The position numbers were made by a program, and so were the translations under genes. Positions 56,811 through 64,000 of a stretch of 64,000 nucleotides of DNA are shown here, piece by piece. The stretch is from positions 15,968-79,967 of IMG/VR virus record IMGVR_UViG_3300026292_000006; one strand, 5' to 3'. The notes under the pieces are model-generated. The model was not told where the DNA came from, did not search any database, and saw nothing but the letters and a program-made list of their open reading frames with translations. The number at the start of each line of letters is the position of its first letter. The stretch's first letter is position 1. The stretch comes from a virus.

Positions 56811-58248
56811 ACATACCTCTCTTATAATATTCCCAAGGTGTTGGTAAACTATCTATATCATCCCAAGGTGGGATTTCCATACGTTTAAATGACTCTGGTA
56901 CACTATCCCACATTTGAATAGTATTATCAATGACTGGATTGAATGGATTCCACCCATGTCCTGCCATTACACACCATAGTGAATCACCATGCTTCCAATT
57001 AATCTTATCATGTAAGTTGTGTGACTCTTCCATGAATGTTATCTGGGCATTTTTAAACATATTATCATATGGATATTTAATTTGTGACACTGCTCTCCAA
57101 TAAGGTGAGTCATTACGTTGTGTCAATGCATAATGTAATCCCACGAATGAAGCAAACCCATCGAAACTAAAGTTACAATGGTTATTAAATGTATCCTTCA
57201 TAAACTGTGTGACATGTGTCCTGTCTGCCATCACTCTACAAAAGTTTAGCAGAAATTCATGGACACTCAACAAACCATTAGACTCTAATGGTTCAATAAA
57301 ACCAGCAGATAATCCAATGGACACTACATTATCATGCCATATCTCTTTCTTACGTCCAGTCCTATACTTAATCTTACGGAACATTTTGTCAGAATATACT
57401 CCAACATCAGGTTCCACATTATCTGCTAAGTAATTTCTAAACTCTACTATTGCTTCTTCATCAGAGATATACTTGTCACAATAGTTATAACCAGTACCTA
57501 TCCTAGTGTATGTGGGTACATTCCACACCCATCCAGATGATAGGGCAGTACAATCAGTAACTGCTTTTAACTGATTCTCTTTATCTTGATATCCTATCCT
57601 AGTAACTACTGCACTATTATTTGGTAGGTAGTCACTATAATCTATCCACTCACTCTTATTATACAACGACTTGAACCCAGTGCAATCAAATACTATATCT
57701 GCCTTAGGTTTTCTCTTTAAATTTCTTCTAATATGCTTAACACCCCTTGGTTTAGCATAGTTATCCCTTAACCACTCAGCAAATAATACTGCATCAAAAT
57801 GAAATCCTGTTGATAGTTTATCAAACTCAGGATGATCTACTGGTATCTTACCTCTCTCTACTGCTTCTGCTGCTACCCAATAATCTCTAGCAAACTTATC
57901 ATTACCCCATCCTCTCTGATATCCTAGGTATAACCATTCATCAGGTGAACAAATATAAGACCTTGGCAATCCAAATGGATACTGCCAAGGTACATCGTTT
58001 TCTTTATGGAAATTATGAAATCTTACACTACATTTATATGTTGCATCACATGCTGGCATCCACTCCTCATCTACCAAACCGAGGAAGTTAGTCCAGATAC
58101 GAAAGAATTGTGTGGTTGATTCACCTACACCAACTGATGGAACATCAGGTGACTCGTACAAAGTAATATCCCATTCGGGATATGCCTTTATAAGGGTACT
58201 TGCAGTCATCCAACCAGCAGTACCGCCACCAACAATGACGATCTTCAT
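56800..58248 (-). CDS. Flavin-dependent halogenase (tryptophan halogenase/PrnA-like)
   Basis: VGGGTAG, GVGEST, ATYK, WQYPFG, DCTGF, WVWNVP, FIEPLESNG. Confidence 0.92.
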   Translation of the reverse strand: MKIVIVGGGTAGWMTASTLIKAYPEWDITLYESPDVPSVGVGESTTQFFRIWTNFLGLVDEEWMPACDATYKCSVRFHNFHKENDVPWQYPFGLPRSYICSPDEWLYLGYQRGWGNDKFARDYWVAAEAVERGKIPVDHPEFDKLSTGFHFDAVLFAEWLRDNYAKPRGVKHIRRNLKRKPKADIVFDCTGFKSLYNKSEWIDYSDYLPNNSAVVTRIGYQDKENQLKAVTDCTALSSGWVWNVPTYTRIGTGYNYCDKYISDEEAIVEFRNYLADNVEPDVGVYSDKMFRKIKYRTGRKKEIWHDNVVSIGLSAGFIEPLESNGLLSVHEFLLNFCRVMADRTHVTQFMKDTFNNHCNFSFDGFASFVGLHYALTQRNDSPYWRAVSQIKYPYDNMFKNAQITFMEESHNLHDKINWKHGDSLWCVMAGHGWNPFNPVIDNTIQMWDSVPESFKRMEIPPWDDIDSLPTPWEYYKRGMYAN

Positions 58249-58277
58249 AATGTAATCAAGTTGTAGATATTATAGGA

Positions 58278-58700
58278 TTATGGTGACCAGTTGTCAACCC
58301 ATGGATCCCATGATGCTCTACCCTCTAATTGAATTTTCTTAGGATCAGCGACAAACTCTGCGATAGTTCCAGGTGCTGCGATTGTTGATTTTACATTCGC
58401 AATGTGGTCTTTCCAAGTTGTTGTGCCATTGACTGCATCTTTATACTGCATGTCCATTTGTGCTCCGATATCACCGTAAGCATTCACTCGCTCAACTTCT
58501 TGCTTAAGTCTAAGATCCTCTGTGTCATCCCTATGAACTGGTACTCCATTAATCATAGAGTGCTCATAAGTCGTGTCATCAGGAACTTCGCACCACTTCA
58601 TTGACGCATCGTTTCCTTCATAGATATCAAACTTATCTGCTTCATCACAGATATCTGAAATCTGTCCAGTATCCTTTTGTACGATTGCCCATTTAGCCAT
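58278..58700 (-). CDS. Probable tail-fibre assembly/tip-associated protein
   Basis: R..AY..IG.QMDM.Y.D...WKDHI..VK motif; follows the Gly-rich genes. Confidence 0.6.
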   Translation of the reverse strand: MAKWAIVQKDTGQISDICDEADKFDIYEGNDASMKWCEVPDDTTYEHSMINGVPVHRDDTEDLRLKQEVERVNAYGDIGAQMDMQYKDAVNGTTTWKDHIANVKSTIAAPGTIAEFVADPKKIQLEGRASWDPWVDNWSP

Positions 58701-58723
58701 GATAGTTTAAAACTCCTTAATGT

Positions 58724-58729
58724 TATTTA
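58724..58729 (-). promoter_or_regulatory. T4-like late promoter
   Basis: ATAAATA followed by an AAGGAG RBS before the ATG at 58700. Confidence 0.65.
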
Positions 58730-59542
58730 TTAACCGTAGTATTCAAATACGACTACTACGCCTTCTCTGCCTCTAGCACCACGACCTCCGTGCTGGGCAC
58801 CGTTGCCACCTGCACCCCACGCTGCGTGAGATTGATGTCTATGGGCATAGTCTCTTTGACCATGACTAGATGGTTGCCCACCTCCCATATAGGAAGCACC
58901 TGACATATGGTTACCGTAAGAGTGGTGAGAACCATGTCCGTTACCACCTCCACCGTAAACATTCAAGTTACCACCTGAACCATTACCACCGATACCACCT
59001 GCATGCTGTTGCCTACAGTTAGCACCATAACCACCTGATGCAGAGCACCACCCACCAAATGATGAGGATCCTCCGTTACCACCACATCCAGAATAGTTGG
59101 ATCCACCACCTGGGTTACCAACTGTGACTGATACTGACGATGTATTAGTTACGTCAATAACTCTCTCTGAGGTACCACCAGCACCAGCAGATTCACAATA
59201 TCCTGAACCACCTCCACCAGCACCGACAACCTGAACCTTAATGGATTTAACTCCACTTGGTCGGTTCCATGTGCCATTGGAAGTCCAAACTTGCATTGAC
59301 CTAAATCCAGATGTACCACCTGATCCAGTGACCCATTGTAGGTTTGTACCATCTGTAGATAGGAATTTACCTGATTGTCCTGAAAAACTAGGAATAATAT
59401 GGTTAGAACTACCAGAAATACTACCGTTGATATTGATATCAACTACTTTTAGAGTGCTTCGTGCTGTAATAGAACCTGAGGAAAAATCAAATCCACCAAG
59501 TCCAGCAACGTCCCTAGCTCCAGATACTTTAATAACACTCAT
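58730..59542 (-). CDS. Glycine-rich tail/fibre tip protein, paralogue C
   Basis: QVWTSNGTW.RP.GVK.I.V..GAGGGG ... G..GVVVV.E.Y Gly-rich domain. Confidence 0.8.
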   Translation of the reverse strand: MSVIKVSGARDVAGLGGFDFSSGSITARSTLKVVDININGSISGSSNHIIPSFSGQSGKFLSTDGTNLQWVTGSGGTSGFRSMQVWTSNGTWNRPSGVKSIKVQVVGAGGGGSGYCESAGAGGTSERVIDVTNTSSVSVTVGNPGGGSNYSGCGGNGGSSSFGGWCSASGGYGANCRQQHAGGIGGNGSGGNLNVYGGGGNGHGSHHSYGNHMSGASYMGGGQPSSHGQRDYAHRHQSHAAWGAGGNGAQHGGRGARGREGVVVVFEYYG

Positions 59543-60348
59543 GAGTAGAACTCCTGCACGACTACAACTCCTTCACGACCTCTAGCACCTCGACCACCAT
59601 GCTGTGCTCCATTACCACCTGCTCCCCATGCAGCATGCGACTGATGCCTGTGAGCATAGTCTCTCTGTCCATGAGAGGATGGTTGACCACTACCATACAT
59701 CGAGGATCCACTGGTGTGATTAGCATAACAGTGGTGTGATCCGTGTCCAGATCCTCCTCCACCATATATGTTTAGGTTACCACCTGATCCATTACCACCA
59801 ATACCACCTGCATGTTGTTGTCTACAGTTGGCACCGTATCCTCCAGAAGCACTACAGTATCCTCCAAATGAAGAAGTACCACCGTTGCCTCCACAACCTG
59901 AGTAGTTTGAACCACCACCTGGGTTGCCGACTGTAACTGATACTGAAGATGTATTAGTTACGTCAATTACTCTTTCTGATGTACCACCTGCACCTGCTGA
60001 TTCCGCATAACCTGAACCACCACCTCCTGCTCCAGTAACAGTTACAATAATTGATTTTACACCCGTTGGTCTATTCCAAGTCCCGTTTGAAGTCCAGACT
60101 TGCATTGACCTAATGCCAGCACCACCTGCTGCTTCTGCCCATTCCAATGAAGTACCATTAGATTTAATATATCTACCAGCATTACCACCTTGGGCAGGTA
60201 TAATATAATTTGAGTCACCATATAACTCACCGTTGACCACTAGGTTAGATACCGTTAGTGTACCTACGGTCATGATACCACCACCGCCAAGGTTGAAACC
60301 CTTAGCACCAGTGAGATCCATTATAGATGATACTTTAATCTGTGACAT
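59539..60348 (-). CDS. Glycine-rich tail/fibre tip protein, paralogue B
   Basis: Same domain as its neighbours. Confidence 0.8.
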   Translation of the reverse strand: MSQIKVSSIMDLTGAKGFNLGGGGIMTVGTLTVSNLVVNGELYGDSNYIIPAQGGNAGRYIKSNGTSLEWAEAAGGAGIRSMQVWTSNGTWNRPTGVKSIIVTVTGAGGGGSGYAESAGAGGTSERVIDVTNTSSVSVTVGNPGGGSNYSGCGGNGGTSSFGGYCSASGGYGANCRQQHAGGIGGNGSGGNLNIYGGGGSGHGSHHCYANHTSGSSMYGSGQPSSHGQRDYAHRHQSHAAWGAGGNGAQHGGRGARGREGVVVVQEFYS

Positions 60349-60352
60349 GCTT

Positions 60353-60358
60353 TATTTA
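60353..60358 (-). promoter_or_regulatory. T4-like late promoter
   Basis: ATAAATA before the ATG at 60348. Confidence 0.55.
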
Positions 60359-61165
60359 TCCGTAGAACTCGTGAATTACGACTACTCCTTCACGTCCTCT
60401 AGCACCTCGGTTACCCTCTCTAGCTCCGTTTCCACCAGAACCCCATGCTGCATGAGATTGGTGATTGTGTCCATAGTTTCTTTGAACGTGTGACGCTGGT
60501 TGACCTCCACCCCAATATCCTCGTCCAGAGGAATGGTTACCATATGAGTGATAGGAACCGTGACCGTTTCCACCACCTCCATAAACGTTGAGGTTACCAC
60601 CTGATCCATTACCACCGATTCCACCTGCGTGTTGTTGACGACAGTTTGCTCCGTAGCCCCCACTGGCACTACAATACCCACCAAAACTTGATGAGTTACC
60701 GTTACCACCGCAACCAGAGTAATTAGATCCTCCACCTGGATTACCTACTGTGACTGAAACTGATGAAACATTAGTAACGTCCACCTGTCTCTGTGAGGTT
60801 CCACCAGAACCTCCAGATTCACAGAATCCAGATCCACCTCCACCTGCACCTGTTACAGTAACCATAATAGTTTTAACACCACTAGGTCTATACCAAGTAC
60901 CATTAGAAGTCCAAACTTGCATTGACCTAACACCAGCGTTTGTCGAAACCGCTTCCCATGTTAGGTTTGACCCATTAGTAGATAACATCTTGTTAGCGTT
61001 ACCCGATGGGTTCGGTATGAGATATGCAGATGATCCGCTGATATTACCATCAACTTTAAGGTTGGTAACGTTCAGAGTACCGTTAGCAGTAACACCACCT
61101 GATGACAGGGTGAAACCACCAATACCTCCTAAATCTTTGATAGCACCAACGTTTAACTGTGCCAT
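60356..61165 (-). CDS. Glycine-rich tail/fibre tip protein, paralogue A
   Basis: Same domain as its neighbours. Confidence 0.8.
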   Translation of the reverse strand: MAQLNVGAIKDLGGIGGFTLSSGGVTANGTLNVTNLKVDGNISGSSAYLIPNPSGNANKMLSTNGSNLTWEAVSTNAGVRSMQVWTSNGTWYRPSGVKTIMVTVTGAGGGGSGFCESGGSGGTSQRQVDVTNVSSVSVTVGNPGGGSNYSGCGGNGNSSSFGGYCSASGGYGANCRQQHAGGIGGNGSGGNLNVYGGGGNGHGSYHSYGNHSSGRGYWGGGQPASHVQRNYGHNHQSHAAWGSGGNGAREGNRGARGREGVVVIHEFYG

Positions 61166-61187
61166 AGTCTCATAACTCCTATGTTTT

Positions 61188-61195
61188 TATTTATA
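61188..61195 (-). promoter_or_regulatory. T4 late promoter TATAAATA
   Basis: Exact T4 consensus plus an AGGAG RBS before the ATG at 61165. Confidence 0.75.
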
Positions 61196-61198
61196 CGA

Positions 61199-61462
61199 TC
61201 AATTGGGATACCAGTCTACTATCTTATCTCTCAGATAGTTGATTCCCTGACGTTTGTGAAAGTCTGATGCAGCATACTTCAAATCTACGTCTTGATCTTC
61301 ATAATATGTTGTATTAGCACGGTACTGGTCTTGAGTTATAGTACCTGCCTTGAGTTTTTCTGCCTCCTCTACAATCTTTTTAGCATGAGCACAGTAGTCA
61401 GCACCCTTTTGAGAGTATGACTCCTTCTTTGCAAATTCGAGATAATTTTCGTATACACTCAT
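61199..61462 (-). CDS. Hypothetical protein
   Basis: Start MSVYENY overlaps the upstream TGA. Confidence 0.7.
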   Translation of the reverse strand: MSVYENYLEFAKKESYSQKGADYCAHAKKIVEEAEKLKAGTITQDQYRANTTYYEDQDVDLKYAASDFHKRQGINYLRDKIVDWYPN

Positions 61463-62256
61463 TTGACCCAAATCTCTGCTCTAATACTTCTATTTACACC
61501 AGTTGTGCTTTGGCAGCACCAGATATGATCACCTGCTGATGTACCTGCTCGATTGGTACCAATTCCACTTACTACATCATTAGATCCTGGACCTCCTTCA
61601 TTATTCCAACCAAATCCCCATCTCACTTCAGAAGAATGACCTCCTCCAGTGTAATAGAAACCATACCATTGGAATCCACCTTGTGCTGAGAATCCACTAC
61701 CTTGCCACATATTCTGACCTCTTGGGTTACCTGAGATCTGTGACTGTGACTGGAATCTTGATAAGCATGTCCTATTCTCTCCAGTCTTTCTCCAAGACCA
61801 TCCACTGCCATATCCAGAGGTTTGACCTCCAGTATTTAGGTCAGGGAATATTGCTAAGAATTCTGAAGCAGTGTAGTAATTGAACACATCAAATTTGGCA
61901 TCCTCATCATTTCTGTTGAGAGCACCAGTATTATATGTGTTAGTGTTAGACCAGTAACTACTACCCCAACTAAATCTACTACCTCTTGTGCATTTCCATG
62001 CTAACATCCAACCTCCACCACCTGCCCATGAGGATCCCATTTCACAATAGACTTCTCTGACACCAACAGTGGGTAAGTTGATATAATATACACCGCTAGA
62101 CCTTTGTCCAGCGTTATACATTTGTGCTGCTGAGGTTGCAGGATTGGATGCAGAACCTAGTGGTGCTCCACCACCAGCACCTCCACCACCAGAACCAGCG
62201 ATACGAGGTCCTGAGGATGTTGGTGTAAATTGTCCTGACATTCCAAACTTAGGCAT
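61459..62256 (-). CDS. Fibrinogen-C/intelectin-like domain virion protein
   Basis: GSASNPATSA, SGVYYI..EVYCEM..GGGWML. Confidence 0.7.
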   Translation of the reverse strand: MPKFGMSGQFTPTSSGPRIAGSGGGGAGGGAPLGSASNPATSAAQMYNAGQRSSGVYYINLPTVGVREVYCEMGSSWAGGGGWMLAWKCTRGSRFSWGSSYWSNTNTYNTGALNRNDEDAKFDVFNYYTASEFLAIFPDLNTGGQTSGYGSGWSWRKTGENRTCLSRFQSQSQISGNPRGQNMWQGSGFSAQGGFQWYGFYYTGGGHSSEVRWGFGWNNEGGPGSNDVVSGIGTNRAGTSAGDHIWCCQSTTGVNRSIRAEIWVK

Positions 62257-62267
62257 AATAAAATCCT

Positions 62268-63125
62268 CTAACTATAGTTTGCACCAGATCCCAAGACAGT
62301 ATAGGTTGTTGTAGTACCTGTCTGAGTCTTCTTAATAATGGCAAATGAAACTACACAAATCTCACCCCCAGAGTGAGATGGAGAGGATCCACCAACCCAG
62401 TTAATAGGTGCTGCTGTACCATTAATATTAAGTGAGGATGGTATTCCGTTACCACCTGCGTCTTCAATTATAGTTGTAAATCCATAACCAGCAGAGTCAG
62501 TAGGGACATTATTAAGACTCAATGTCCAGTTACCACCACCAGTTTTTGTTACCCAAATAGTATTATTATTATTGAAATCGTGTGTTATACTACCACTACT
62601 GGTTAAATATGTAATGCTTTCTTTAGTCTCAGAGTAATGTAAGAATCCTGTTGATGCAATATCTCCTACAATAATCTCTCCAACTTCCATGATGCTCATG
62701 TCATCACCACCAAGGATGACCCAGTTGGCACCGTTTTCTACCGTAACTGTATATCCGTTCGCAATCGTAATAGGACCTCCACTGAATCCGTTAGTGAATT
62801 CGACTCCTCCATTTGCTGATGGACCAATCGTGAGGTTTTCTCCAATCGTAGGACCGTTTGTCCTGATAATACTATTCTCACCAACTGAAGGACCACCTCC
62901 ACCTACATCTGTCCAACCTGGCACACCTTGAGCAGCATCCTGCTTATAGATTTGTGCCATGTCCTCCGTAGAGTTGTACACCAAAGTACCATAGGCAGGT
63001 GTGCCTAGAGCATTAATTTGAGTTTGATTTCTGTTGGGTAGATTGAGTTGCTCTGTGACCTGCAATGCCTCCATTATGGCACGAGTCGTGGCATCAATCT
63101 GATTACCAATTATTTTGGTGGACAT
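62268..63125 (-). CDS. Tail-fibre-associated structural protein
   Basis: GTLVYNST, NGFSGGPITIANGYTVTV, INWVGGSSP modules. Confidence 0.7.
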   Translation of the reverse strand: MSTKIIGNQIDATTRAIMEALQVTEQLNLPNRNQTQINALGTPAYGTLVYNSTEDMAQIYKQDAAQGVPGWTDVGGGGPSVGENSIIRTNGPTIGENLTIGPSANGGVEFTNGFSGGPITIANGYTVTVENGANWVILGGDDMSIMEVGEIIVGDIASTGFLHYSETKESITYLTSSGSITHDFNNNNTIWVTKTGGGNWTLSLNNVPTDSAGYGFTTIIEDAGGNGIPSSLNINGTAAPINWVGGSSPSHSGGEICVVSFAIIKKTQTGTTTTYTVLGSGANYS

Positions 63126-63144
63126 ATGGATCCCCGATTAATAC

Positions 63145-63150
63145 TATTTA
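63145..63150 (-). promoter_or_regulatory. T4-like late promoter
   Basis: CTAAATA overlapping the upstream stop codon. Confidence 0.55.
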
Positions 63151-63999
63151 GATAACGAGCTCACGTATCATAATATTATCTCCTGATTGAGGAGTAGTGC
63201 CAATGCTGAAATCTACAGCGTTAGCAGTCACGGTATAATCAACAGTAGGTCTCTGGCAAACACCATTTAAGAATACTAATACACTGTGTGAGTTATGACC
63301 AGGTGAGATAGCAAACGTTGTAGTTGCTCCATTACCTGAATACATGACTCCATTATTACTATTGTTGACACCTGTAGCAAGTGAATACTTGTCGGCACAA
63401 CCATACTTACCAGTTACATCAATATCACCAGTAATGTGGACATTACCAGCAATCTTCATTCTATTGTTTGCATCTGGTGCAATACCAATACCATAATGTG
63501 TAACACCAGCATATCTATTAGATTCTATAGGTGCTGTATCACTCAATCCAAACTTATACCATGTACCTGTGTCATATATCCATCCTATAAATGTACCTGG
63601 TGTCCAGTCAATGTTATATGCTATATCACCACTGTTAAATGCACCCCCTGCACTAACAGCAGGATTACCAGTACCATCATCCTCTGCGAGGAATTGGTTT
63701 CTCAAAACAGTACCATCATCGTTAGAGTAGGTCATGTTAAGAGTTTGGATTCTATCCTGTGATGTTAATTTCTTCTGGAAAGTAACAGGACCTGAGAATA
63801 CAGATTCCAACTGGTTAGATGCACCACCAATAACAGTTAATTTGTCAGTCAAGACAACTTCACTGAATGTTTCAATAGTGGTACCTTCTTCACCCAACAC
63901 ATTAAGTTGAGCAATATCTTCGTTAGTGATCTGACCTGTAACTGGGTTAATAACCTGGTTACCAACGAACAACTCACCATCACTGTTAACACCTGAGTA
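63148..63999 (-). CDS. C-terminal part of a long tail-fibre protein (5' end beyond the window)
   Basis: Frame open to the edge (YSGVNSDGELFVGNQ...); FSGPVTF, GNGATTTF..VFLNGVCQRP..DY modules. Confidence 0.8.
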   Translation of the reverse strand, partial: YSGVNSDGELFVGNQVINPVTGQITNEDIAQLNVLGEEGTTIETFSEVVLTDKLTVIGGASNQLESVFSGPVTFQKKLTSQDRIQTLNMTYSNDDGTVLRNQFLAEDDGTGNPAVSAGGAFNSGDIAYNIDWTPGTFIGWIYDTGTWYKFGLSDTAPIESNRYAGVTHYGIGIAPDANNRMKIAGNVHITGDIDVTGKYGCADKYSLATGVNNSNNGVMYSGNGATTTFAISPGHNSHSVLVFLNGVCQRPTVDYTVTANAVDFSIGTTPQSGDNIMIRELVI

Positions 64000-64000
64000 G

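Noticed and set aside
58730-61165. Diversity-generating retroelement (template/variable repeats)
   Set aside because: All three copies are intact coding paralogues, differences do not look adenine-specific, and no reverse transcriptase is present in the window.
51-63762. Numerous short plus-strand and off-frame ORFs in the track
   Set aside because: They are shadows of long minus-strand genes, with no RBS, recognisable motif or operon logic.

Overview
This window is 64 kb of a T4-like marine cyanomyovirus genome (Kyanoviridae-type), and essentially all real genes are on the minus strand. In transcription order (right to left) it contains five blocks. (1) The end of a long tail-fibre gene, a fibrinogen-like lectin, three paralogous Gly/His/Cys-rich tip proteins and a small chaperone-like gene, with T4-type late promoters (58.3-64 kb). 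(2) A dense block of oxidative tailoring enzymes: two flavin-dependent halogenase-like genes, seven 2OG-Fe(II) oxygenases and a JmjC/cupin, interrupted by an MTase-nuclease-MTase cassette (44.5-58.2 kb). (3) An AT-rich early region of small ORFs and an SF2 helicase, with most of the six copies of a bipartite promoter motif, structured leaders and cyanobacterial-type DnaA boxes (37.5-44.5 kb). (4) Baseplate genes: NlpC/P60-like, a 1190-aa structural protein, PAAR, gp25 and gp6. (5) A 9580-aa gp7-like protein followed by a YHYH-domain gene cut by the window edge. Two observations inside the giant protein stand out. About 27 copies of a His/Cys domain are inserted recursively into one another and parse as balanced brackets up to about 12 levels deep, implying a branched, tree-like polypeptide. 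A set of helical repeats carries the C-x-R-D...GG spacing of the phycobiliprotein bilin-attachment helix. All calls come from reading motifs by eye; no database searches were run.
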